DNA of 64,000 nucleotides, taken from Raillietiella orientalis (Eukaryota). The position numbers and the translations under genes were made by a program. The notes beneath the pieces are model-generated. The model was not told the DNA's origin, ran no database searches, and saw only the letters and a list, made by a program, of their open reading frames with translations. Shown piece after piece: positions 15,301 to 26,499 of this stretch; the first letter of the stretch is position 1; each line of letters opens with the position of its first letter. The stretch is taken from NCBI GenBank assembly GCA_036172245.1, contig JAYWIR010000003.1:2976001-3040000 (forward strand), read 5' to 3'.

Positions 15301-16659
15301 CACGGATGCTGCCTGGGCTGAGATGAGCGCTGCGTCGCTACGATTCGCCGAGGAAGCTCTTCCGCGGGAAGAGGGTGGCGTTTCCGCGTCCCTTGCTTGC
15401 CCCTGGTTTCGTGCGCTCGGGCAGCAACGCGCACGCCTTCTTGCGCGTTCTGTGGGCTGAATGCTTCCTGCCTGCCCTTTCACTGCGCAGGGCAAACGCC
15501 CCAACGGCGGTGACACGAGCGCGCGCCCGCCGTTGCCATCTCCGGCCTGCTGTCCACGGCGAAAAGCACGTGCCCTTCGTCGTCGTCGTGCTCGTCCGCT
15601 CGCTCGTCGCACATGCAAAGAAAGACGAACGCTGAGCAGCGCCAGCGGAGGCCGAGCCTGGGCAACAGGCTGCCACTCGCGGATGGCGCCCCTTTCGCGA
15701 GCACATCCTTCCACGTGGACCGTGCGTGCCCAAGGGGTCGGTCAGTCGCGGGCCAGCCTTGGCTCGCTCGCGCCCGTTTCCCTGTGCCTGTGCGAAAGTG
15801 GCGGGAAGCGATCGCGGGGGTGGCCAACTCGCCTCGTTGCCGCCGCGTCTCCGCCAAGCGCCGAGCGTGCGCCGCCAACGAGCTGAACAACGCAAGCCTC
15901 GGGAAGCTGAAAGAGTGCAGAAACAGCGAGCGCACGGTCGCTTGCCACTTCCTCTGTATACCAATGCATCCCCATGGGCCGGCCACGCCTGCGCAGCAAC
16001 CACTCTATTTGGCAGTCCCCGGCGGCAGGCACGCCGACAGCAGCAGCGGCAGCAACGCCACGTACCAACTCCCATCCCGCTTGCAGTGGGATGGGAACCA
16101 GCAGTGGACTTTTCGCAGAAGAGACAACTGCTCTTCCTTTCGCAAAGCACCCGCTGTTGGCTCCCTGTCCGTGGACGCAACGTGGCTGCAGTGGAACGCC
16201 ACGGGCGCGACCGTGGCTCAGGGCACGAGAAGTCGGGACGGCGCGCGGCGACGCACGGTACTTGGCCATGATGACGTGCGCACGCGCGTTCCATCGCCGA
16301 GTACCGTGCCGGAGGGCGGCGCCAAGGCGCGGAAGACGTGCGTGCGCGGTGGCCTCGTGGTCGTCTTCCGCTGGCCCGTCGGTGCGCCAAGATGGGCTAG
16401 GAAGGGGATCCGCGTGGGCGGCGTCCACGGACCTGTGGCGCGCGCGACAGGAAGTTCGGGTGCTGCTGGTTGGACAGCAGCTGTGATCGTGGGCGCTGCC
16501 GGCTCTCTCTCGTGGTGACCTCGTGGGTGCATTTTGGTTACGTGGGAAGGAGGTGATTCGACGGAGGACGGCTGCTCCGGATTTCGTGACGCGTGTGGAG
16601 GGAGGGGGGGTTGTTGCAGTACGTCTGCCGGCACGGAAGTCAGGAAGACGGGATCGAGC
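12366..16659 (-). repeat. Palindrome 1, right arm
   Basis: Reverse complement of 6204-10511 with SNPs, a 35-bp tandem duplication (13796-13865) and a 31-bp deletion near 16355. Confidence 0.97.
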
Positions 16660-19136
16660 GGAAGAGGGCACGTGCCGTGTAGCAGCCGCGGGTGCGTGGG
16701 TCCGTCGTACGTGTCGGTGGGCCTTAGGTGTGTCTGTGGAGTGCAGTCCGGCCGAGGCGTTCTCTGTCGACGCTGTCGGGACAGCTGCAAAGGATGGAAC
16801 AGCGGGAGCGCGGGTGACGGCGAAGGTGCGCGTTGGTGCCTTCGACCTGTCGAGTGTCGGGAGCCGAGCCTCTTCCTTCTCCCGTTGGGTTCGTTGGGAC
16901 TCTGTGCGGAATAGGTGCGCTATGGCGCTGCCGTTGCTGGGCGAGTCCGCCGCGCTGTGCTCGCCCGCATGCGCTCGTTCCGGGCAGAGGTGGGCGCGAC
17001 GAGGGACATCTTGCTGGACATCGGGATGCCGTTCTCACGGGAGATTTCCCTCCGCACCGGAAGGCGCATTCGTCACCCCAGCACCATCTCGCCGTGGTGT
17101 GTGGCAACACGTGTGCTCGCACGTGTTGCCACACACCACGCGTTCCTCTTCGGACAAGCACCGGCGTGTCGCCTTCTCGTTTCTTTGTTTCGGCGAAGAG
17201 CAGCACGCGTTGCGGCTGCTCTTCGCTCAACGCCCGTAGGCCAACACTTTATGGATCCTGGCTGCATTCGATTCGCAACGGGAGCGAAGAGGATGCACCG
17301 ACCGAGAAGAAGACGCGAGGCGTTGCTCGGAATCGTCCACGTAGGGGCGGATGCGCGCTCCGTGCGACGGACCTCCTGGTCCACGCCTCGTCTGCGGAAG
17401 TGTTGGCTTCCCCATTTTCGCCGTTAGCGCAACCCATTTGCGCACGCCACCGACGGAAGGAAGGTGCAGCGTGAGGGAAGGAAAGCAGCCTGCCAGAGAA
17501 TGTCAACATTTGATAGCGAGCCGTATCAGCTGTCCACGGGGGCTGTGATGCAACGATGGCTTAGCGCTCCAGCTGATACAGGGAGGTAAGGGATTGCATC
17601 ACCCGAAGATGCAGCAGCGTGAGAAATAGATCCCGATCGATTGGGTGCGGGTTCGTCACCTAGCGTTATTTAAAAGGTGCTCCGGCTGGGCTGCGACGGA
17701 CAGCTGACGAGCATCGCACTTTGTCCGTGTGCCCCGTGCGTGCGCTTTTTGGCCAGCAGCATCCCTCGGACACGCAATCGGGGCATCGCCCAGCGGGAAG
17801 GATTGCCTCGGGATATATTCTCCGTGGGGCAGTCGGCCTGGTCCCTGAGCAGCGAACGCACCATCGAGCAATTGCGTGAGTGTTGTTCGGCAGGCGCCCC
17901 GCGGAGAGACATCGGCCGTTGGTTGCTTGCAGTGTGCTGCTGCTGCATCGGCGCACCCGCACGACTCGCGCGCTGGGCTCGCGTCGAAGCTGGGCTGGAA
18001 GGCGAGGGGCTCGGCTGCAGGAGGATGCTGGAGCAGCGAAGAGGCAGCCACAAGAATGCAAGATCGCAACCGATTTCTTGCTTGCTGCCACCGCCTCGCT
18101 GCAGGAAAAGCTGCGGGTGCTCGCCCAGAAGCCGCGACCGAGGGACAGGCGCCGCCGGCATGTGAAAGGTCCAGTGCCATGCGGAAATCGGCGAACAAGA
18201 TGAACGGAAGGTACTGCAGGCACGCGCATTCACTAGGGGTCAGGGGGGTGTCCACGGAAAAGGTGGCAATTGGAGGTGAGTTGGGATGCGAGGTGCACGT
18301 GTAGGAGGGCAGAAGGCCTCCCAGAGAACGCTCAGGCATCCGCTGCGCCCCCTGGCTGTTCTCTCTGCCCGGGTGGGTGGTCTTTTTCCTCGCCTGGGAA
18401 CGGGTCGAAACGCGACCACCCTTCTCCGCAGGATTCCAACGAAATGCCACTCACTCTTCCGGACGGTGTGCCATTTTGGGTCGGGGGTGCGGTCGCGTCA
18501 TCCCCGAACGCACGAGGCGCACCCTGGCTTGTCGCGGTCCACTCTGGGCTGCGGCAGCTCTCCCGCTTTTCCCTCTCCACGCGATCCCCTGCTGAATCCA
18601 CTCGGCGATGCTGCCCGTCGGATGGTCGGCGAAGAGCGCGCGCGCGCGCTACTCTTTGCTTTCGCTCAGCGGAGCCCTCGTTTGCGTTCCACCAGTCGTG
18701 TGGTCTGCCCGCTCTCGGTCTGCCCGAGGTCACGTGGCGAGAGGGTCTTCCGACGCCCGCCTGCTCCGAAGAACGGCGGTTAAGGATCGTAGCACGCGCT
18801 TGTTGCTGGAAGCTGCTCTTCCTTCCGTGCCGGATTCCATGGGAACGCGTGGTCCCGATCGCACGACAGCATCCCGGCGGCGCACGTGCAGGAGCGGTGC
18901 TGCCTCGCCTGTAAGTCTTGCGTGCGAGCGAAAGAGTGCGTGGTACGAAAGGCTGTCCGATGAGTGGTTTCTCTGACTGAACTGCACGCGCGGACGCGCG
19001 CAACTCGTCTCCCGTGCGCAGGCGGCTGCAGCTGCTGCATCCTTCGGGAGAAACGCGCGCGGCCTGCCGTGCGCGTGGCACCCCCTCCCGTTTTGCCTCG
19101 CGGGCGTTTGCGTGCGCGCCTTTCCTTCTGGCAAAG

Positions 19137-19137
<1 letters not shown>

Positions 19138-19176
<39 letters not shown>
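19138..19176. repeat. (GCT)13 microsatellite; (AGC)7 in the mirror arm at 40973-40993
   Basis: Counted directly. The 18-nt length difference matches the shift in mirror coordinate sum from 60131 to 60149. Confidence 0.95.
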
Positions 19177-19179
<3 letters not shown>

Positions 19180-19899
19180 TGCAGCGCGAGCACGTGCACC
19201 TGCTGTGCCCTGACGATTCGCAAAAAAGGTTAGCGTGTCGGACGGCACACAAGGAAGCGTGAGCTTCTCTCTGGACGTGCAGGGTTGCCAGCAGCCACTG
19301 CAAATCGGACCGGTGGTGGAGCGAGCGTGTCCCATCGGGTCGCCAGGTCGGCGTTGCAAGGCTGGGCGGTTCGAATGGGTGCGAGCAGCGCGGGAGAGAC
19401 TGCTGCCTCTCCGGGGTACCAAAATAAACGCACAAGAAGAAAAAAACATAAGAAGAAGAAAGGGCGAATTACGCTTAGAAACGGGTTATTTTAATCCTCC
19501 TGCGCAGGTGTTTGTCTTGGATCCAAATATGGAACGGCGGCTTCCTGTTCTGCTCAGCACAATGCAATCCGCACCAAGACGAGGTTTTTCTTTCTCTTTT
19601 TTCCTGTCTCAAAAAGAGAAAAGCGCGCACCCTTTTCGCGCGCCCCACCTGCCGCGGCGAATGGCGGCCGGAAGTCCGTCACGGCATTGTTGCGGCGGTG
19701 CCCCGCGAGACGCTCCTTCGAGCAGCATCTCCGAGACGGCAGCAAAGCAAAAAGAGAAACGAAAACACACACACACAGAGAAGTCACTTTCCGCTGGAGA
19801 GGGAAACGTCCGCACTGTTCCTCGAAAGGCTATTTTTGCAAAGTGTTCCTCATGAGCCCCATAGAATTCGCCTCATTTTCGCTTTCGTCCAGGACAGGG

Positions 19900-22800
19900 A
19901 TGGAGCAGCCGGATGCCCAGGAGGGACACATACGGGACTTTGAGGACATTCTGCCTCACGTGGATGGGTTCGGCAGATTCCAGAAGAGGATGCTTGTCGT
20001 CCTGATCATCACATTCTTCGGATCAGCCGTCGTGCAGTTCGCGCAGGTGCCATGTTTCTTTCACGACATATGTTTGGTTCTTTGTGTATGTGTGTGTAGG
20101 TGAATGGGTGGTGGAGTGCATGTGGCTGTCTTCCGGTTTCCCCCTGTTCCTCGTGCCTCCTTGGACTGCCACATTGCCACGTCCACGAAGACATCGTAGT
20201 AGGCCCTTCTCTCCACGGACGCCTTCCGCCCCTTTGTGTCGACTGCCGCCGGCGTTGCCGAGCACACGTGCAGCGGCGCGACTTCCAAGATGGCAGCCGG
20301 AACTTGAGGGTGGCAGCTTGTCCAAGTGACGGAGCTCGAATACTCGACTTGCATCGTTTTCCTAGCGACTCACTTCTAATAGCTGGGAAATGGGTCGGAA
20401 TGTGCTCCCAGTTGCAGCAGAGGAAGGGTTGGACACGGGTGGAACAACACACTTGAAGGCTGTGCGTTCCCTTCCAGCTGCTTCCGCTCGATTTCTAGAG
20501 CGCATTCTCTGGGCGCGCTCACCGAACTCCAGCTCCTGCTTCCCGAGTTGCGAGGGTGCCTCTTCAGCTGGCAGCTTCTTTTTCCGGGTCAGACGGGTTG
20601 CTCCGAGTTGCGCGTCTCGGAAGCGCGGCCACAGCGCGTGCGGCGATCATAGGCGCTCCTGGCCTGCGTGCGAGTGCGCAACCGAAACTTCCGGCCGAGC
20701 AAACACAGAGCGTCAGGAGAGCATTTCCTTGTCCTTGACACTGCTCTTCAGAGCACATCCAGTTGGTTCGAAGAGCGTGAGGGGAACGAAACGGAAAGCA
20801 GCAAACGGAGTGTCGGGCGACATACAGTTGGTTAGTCCGTTTGCATACTCAACGTATCCAAACGATGAATCATCCAACTTCCGTCGGAAGAGGCGAAGAA
20901 GTCGTTTGCCATGTCCCCGTGTTGCGAGATTTGACCGCTGAGGACTTGCAGCGACACCGAGGACCCCCCCCCACACACACACACAGTGCAAGCCGTCCGC
21001 ATTTCTCGAGGCGCGCGTGCGCTCGTCAGCACCGCCTGGACCGCATCGCGGGCTGCTCCCCACTCTCTTTCGAAGGGTTGGGGTGAAAGGGGCGGCGTGC
21101 TGGATGGAGTGCGCTCGCAGAAGCCATCCGACGGCCGCCCCACGCAGGCGCTTTCGGCGCGACCTCTTTCTCGGAGTCGCGGGACGCGGCGACCGGCAGC
21201 AGCGCGCAAGGTCGGCCGCTTTGGCGATCGCAGCTTGCAAGCCCGTGGGCGACGCTCCACCGTAACCACGAGTGCTTTCAGCTCTTCATGGTGTTGGAAC
21301 CGGATTACTATTGGTGTCACGTTCCGGCCCTGAAAAACTACAGCGCTGAAGTGAGGAAACACCTGTCCATTCCTCTGCTTCCCACGGCAGGACAAGAGGC
21401 CCGTTCGCAGTAGGCAGCCCCCCGTCCGCTCCTCATCTCTTCCTGTGCTGCAGCCCGTCCGACGCGCACTACGACAAGTGCCGGATGTACGATGTACGAT
21501 GGGAGCACACCGCCGTCATCAACAACACCATCGACCACAGCGGCATGAAGACGACGAAATGCTCGTTTGGCTGGGAGTACAACTTCACCAACTTCTACCC
21601 GACCGTGCTCACGGAGGTAAGCTGTTCGCCGCAGTCGCCCGCACACGCTCATGCGGTGGTCCCCTTTGCGTCCCTTCTTCGCACCGCACTGCCCGTTGGC
21701 CTGGTCGTGTCCGCCGGCAACCACGAAGCTGCACTGGGTGTGCGACGACGACTGGAAAGCCAGCATGGCCCAAGGCCTATTCTTCGTCGGATCTGTCATA
21801 GGGACGTTGATCTTCAGTTTTGTATCCGACCACTACGGACGGAGAACGGCTTTCGTCGCCACCAACTTGGTGACCGGAGTCTTCGGCACCGCAACTGCTT
21901 TTTCGACCAACTTTATCAGCTTCACCCTCTTCCGCGTGCTCGTCGGAACAGCGTTTACGCTCCAGTGTTCCTCCCTGATGGTGCTGGGTGAGTCAGCTTG
22001 AAAAGAGCGTGTGCGTGCAAGTGTGCACCGACCTGTGATGAGTGGCCCCTCGGCAAGCTGGTTGCTTCGAAACCACGCAGCGCGCGCTCACCGCGAACGC
22101 GGTTGCCTGCTCGACCTCTCGCGTGCCGAGCGAGGCAGTGCGCTCGGTCTGTGGAGGAGCGCCTTCGTTCTTGCCGCGGGCTACGGACGCGGCTCTCTCT
22201 GCTGCAGCCTTTTCTGCACATCCAGCTCAGGCGTTCTCTGCACTCCGCATGCTGGGAGGCTGCTGATCCGTTGGAGCGGTCTGCTGCGTGCACCGGCAGA
22301 TGGCTTTCAGCCACGAGGACGTCACTGTGGCCGCCGGCAGGAAAGCGCGCGTCCCCTCGGAGGTCAAGTTTTCCCAAACGTGGAGGAGGTGGAGGAGGTT
22401 GCTCTGAGCAGCAACCTCCTCCGTGCGACCACAAACAGACCACGTTCCAACAACACGAGTGTTTCGTGGTTCGTGGTCAAAAACAGCCACCCCGCGCTCT
22501 CGCACGCCGGCACGGTCAGGTGGCGTTTGTTGGAGCAGAAGACGGGCTCGACAAAAGGTGGACGGCCGAAGGTCAGATGGTTTCGGTCAGTTAGCTGCTC
22601 CTGCTCCGGCACGTCTTCCTCGTTTGGCTGCTGTTGACGGCCAGTCTGGAGGACGGCTGCGCACAGGTCGCTCGGAAAGCGGGGGATGCAGAAGGCACGC
22701 ATGCGGTGCGGTGCTGTGCTGGACCGAGAAGCGTGCTGGACGCCAGGGGGGTGCGCACGCGCTGCTCGCCCGAGCGACAGAGCGTGGCGTGCTGCGCGCG

Positions 22801-25800
22801 ATCGTCGGCCGTTTCGGGAATGCGCGTGCCTCGCTGCGCAGAACCGTGCGCAGGTAGGAAGGAAGGAAGAGCGACCTGCGCTGGTAGGCGACGCGTGGAC
22901 CCCCCACGCTGCCGTGCGCCTCGAGCGCTGCAGCTCGCCCGGGCAAGCGAGCCGATGCTGGCGGTCATGCTGCCGCTTTCCCCTCGCAGCGCGAGAAAAG
23001 AAAAGAGAGTTGGGCTTGTGCGAGCGCGACCCTCGGCAAAGCCCGCCCGGGCGGTGGCATTGGCCCGGGCAGAACGGCGATTCTCGGGATTGCCGTTCGC
23101 TCTGCACGGCGCTAGAAGGGAGGAGCGCGGTCCGGCAGCGGGAGGACGCTGCAGAGCAGGGAGGGAGGGGAAGGCCGCGAATCGGCAAGCTCGTCGTGCG
23201 AACCGTCGGTCCAGGTTGGGATGGTGAGCGAACGCGAGGATGGGGACCGCTCTCGTCAGCCTGTGAATGCAGCTTTGCGCCCCTCTGTAGTGCTGGAATA
23301 CGTGCACATCTCCAAGAGACCGATGGTGGTAATACTGCCGATATTGCTCGGGTTCACGCTAGGCTGCCTGGTCATGCCGTGGGCAGCCTACGCTCTCGGC
23401 AACTGGAGGCACTTCACCCTATTCTTCCACGTTCCCTTCCTGGCGGTAGTCTTCGCCCCGATCTTCGTTCCGGAATCGTGCAGGTGGCTCATCTGCAAGA
23501 AGAAAGTGGACTTGCCGCTGGCGACTCTGAAGCGGATTGCCGTGACCAACGGTCGAGCTCTGGACGAGAAGCTTCAGCAGCAGATACGCGTGAGTGATCG
23601 CTCTGGTGGCAGCGTGGTGGTGAGCGGCCGCTTCCCACCTCAGAATTACCTCGAGAAGGACGACAGCAACTCGAAGGTGAATTACAGCTGGCACGACCTC
23701 TTCCGCAAGCCTGGCCTCAGGTTCCAGGTCATTTTGGTGTGCATCATCTGGTGAGTGGCAGTCAAGAGCAGACAAGCGCGTGGTTTCCACCCGGACCGTT
23801 TCCTTTCGCAAAGGCGCATGCGTAGGGCCATCGGCCCTACACATGCGGCCGAAGAAAAAGTTTGAAGCTTGCCGTGGCGCGTGGCGGGGCCGTCCGGGGG
23901 CGTGGAGGCAGCGAAGAGGTGCCTTTGCCGCTCGCTCGGCCGGCAACGCGCCGACGGGGACGACGGGGGGCTGGTCGTCTGCTTGCTGTCCCTCCCACGT
24001 GGGCGGCTCACCGCTTTCTGCGGGCAGACGGCGCAGGCAAGTGGTGCCCTGTGCGCACAAGAAACGAGCACACTGGGGCCACCGTCGAACGGGTGCGAGT
24101 GTTGTTGGTGCTGTGGTCTTTGCGGTGGCGGTGGTCGCTCAAGAAGACGGCAGCCCTTCGCCCGCCCTGCTGCCGAACCAACGGGTGCGCTCGCGTCCGA
24201 CAGCCACCACGCTCGTTTTTCTTTTTCCCGTCGACGGGACTGCCTGGACGCGTGCGTTCGTCTGCTGGCCGCTTCTTCTTGTTTCTGCAGCTGCCATCAC
24301 GCTCAGGTTTGAAGACGCAGCACCAAGAGAGACCGTCCCGGTTACCCGATTTCCCTCCACGCGAAAAGGTGCCCGGCCGGTGGTGATGAAGTCTTCGGCG
24401 AAGAAGCGTCGGGGTTCATGGTCGCGCGCGGTGGTGAAGACGGTCTCCCTGCTGCGAGGAGAATGCGCTCCGTCGAAGGAAAGGAGCGCCTTCTCCTTCG
24501 AGTGGCAGACAGAAGAAGAATCCCTGCCAAGGAGAAGGCTGGGTGGATGGGTGGTCAACGCAGGAAGAGCAGGCTCGCAAGGAAGGGAAGGGATGCCAGC
24601 AAACGCGTTTTGTGTCTGCGTGGGGGGGGGCGTACCCCCGCAGACACCGCGGTGAACGCGGGCTCACCAGGGTGCTCCACCGCCGCACGCCCGTTCGGCC
24701 GCGTAGTTGCTGGGTGACGGTAGCGGTTTTCATGGGAGCCGTTTCCAGGAGCCTGCAGTGCACGGCGTTTGAGGGTCACGCGCGCAACACGGGTAACCTG
24801 GGGATCGATCCGTACGTCTCGTTCACGATCGCCTCCGTGACGGAGGTGCCCAGCGCTCTGGTGGCGCTGTACCTGGAGAACTCTCTCGGCAGGAGGCCTT
24901 GCATCGTGATGTTCCTCTTCCTGGGAGGCCTGAGCGGACTGCTGGCGGCAGGCGTCCCTTCCGGTGAGTTTGGAGGCAAGCAGCTCGCGCGGGTGCGCGC
25001 AGCAGCTGCACCTGACCACGGCCACCAATGACACCGGTCCTCCTTCCCGCACGCCTACCCTTGCCCTTACTACCCCTCCATCACCGCCGCACCTAGCCTG
25101 CCTTCCTGCCTGCTTGCCTGCGCCCCGCGGCGCACTTCCGAGCAGATCGGTACCGCGCGGGCCGCGAGGGAGGTGCGGCGAAAGGAGCGCCACAGCGATG
25201 CTATTTCTCTCCTCCTCGTAGCCATGTACCTGGCGTTCGCATCCGCGTCCCTGGCTTCTCGCTTCTTTCTCAACGTGAGCTACAACGTGCTCATGCAGAT
25301 CCAGCCGGAGATGTTCCCCACTGTGGTCCGCTCGCAGGCGATGGGCCTCACGGACGTCGTCGGTCATCTCTGCAGCTTCTCGTCTCCCTTCATCATCTAC
25401 CTGGTACGTCGGTGTTGTTGCCCGCCTGCTGGGGAGCGGCTGAGGCCGCCGTCGCCGCTCCGGTGTCGCCCCCAGCGCGTCGGTCAGACAAGCCGATGGC
25501 GACGGGGGGTCACCGTCAGGGGCGGCGCCGACGGCAGCATCCTCGTTCCTCTCCGGAAGTGGCTTTTTCCTCGGAACAGCCAGCTGACCCGTATGATCAG
25601 AAAAACTACTCCAGCCATCTCCCTAGCGCCGTGCTGGGCTCGATGACCATCTTGGGATCGGTGCTGAGCACGCTGCTGCCCGAGACCCTGAACAAGCCGC
25701 TCCCGGCCACCCTGGAAGACGGGGAGCAGCTGTTGGCAGGCAGCGGATCCTTCCGGTACCTGGAGGGGTGCTGCAGGTACGTCGGGAAGGCGGGGCGTGT

Positions 25801-26041
25801 GCAGGGACAGCAGCGGCCGCCCAATCCTACGAGGTGGCTGAGGCAAGGGAACGAGGGGGGAGGGGGCATCCTACCGGATGCCGCCGCAGAGAAAGAGACG
25901 TTGAGGGGGAGAAGGGATCTGAGAGTGGACGTCGCGAATGGACAGGGGAAGGTGGACGTCGCGAATGGACAGGGGAAGGTGGACGTCGCGAATGGACAGG
26001 GGAAGGTGCACGTCGTGGTGGTGGTAGAGGGGTCTCCCTGA
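19900..26041 (+). CDS. SLC22-family (MFS) organic cation/zwitterion transporter, copy A, ~646 aa; exons 19900-20046, 21282-21409, 21454-21616, 21729-21987, 23291-23589, 23644-23750, 24749-24963, 25222-25403, 25601-26041
   Basis: Family motifs DFEDILPHVDGFGRFQK, Cys-rich extracellular loop (YWCHVP, DKCRMY, KCSFGWEY, TVLTE|LHWVC), SDHYGRR, VLEYV, VPESCRWL, EMFPTVVRS, LPETLNKPLPATLEDGE. All eight GT-AG introns are phase-compatible and there are no internal stops. Confidence 0.93.
25925..26005 (+). repeat. 27-nt coding tandem repeat x3 (VDVANGQGK) in the C-terminal tail of SLC22 copy A
   Basis: gtggacgtcgcgaatggacaggggaag repeated three times exactly. Confidence 0.95.
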
Positions 26042-26499
26042 GATGGCGGCAAGCAACGTGGTTGAGAGTCCTCACCCGGATGCCAGTCGGCTGGCCAGGC
26101 CGCAGGGATGCATGCTGCTGCCTCGAAGGGGGTCCCGACCCAGCGAGTCTCTTCAGGCCTAATAGCGTCCGCTTCTTAGAGATGATCTTCCTGGGGAAAG
26201 ATGGTTGGTGGACGCTATCTGCAAAGACCGATCGACCGCCCAAGAGGAGATCCCGCGTCGCCATGCACCATCTGCTCTTCCTCTGCCTGCCTTCGCGTTC
26301 GGCTGCCGCAAACGGCGTCGCCGACCCGCCAAGTCACAGGCGCATGGGGAGGACGTTTCGCCCCTCTCGATAAAACTGGGGATGGGGAAGATCGGGGACG
26401 AACGGGAGGAGGAGGACGAGAAGTGGAATCCAAGGAGATGAGGATCGGACGCCGATACGTGCTGGGATACGTGTAGGGGCGCGGCGTCGGACGACTTCC

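Noticed and set aside
6204..16659. Arms as terminal inverted repeats of a giant DNA transposon (Maverick/foldback type)
   Set aside because: No transposase, integrase or polymerase seen, no TSD seen, and the arms consist of host gene and LINE relics.
18332..19435. Poly-Q/poly-C/poly-A protein ORFs
   Set aside because: Translations of a GCT microsatellite upstream of the SLC22 start; no other coding signal.
25925..26005. CRISPR-like array
   Set aside because: Head-to-tail repeats with no spacers, inside a eukaryotic exon.
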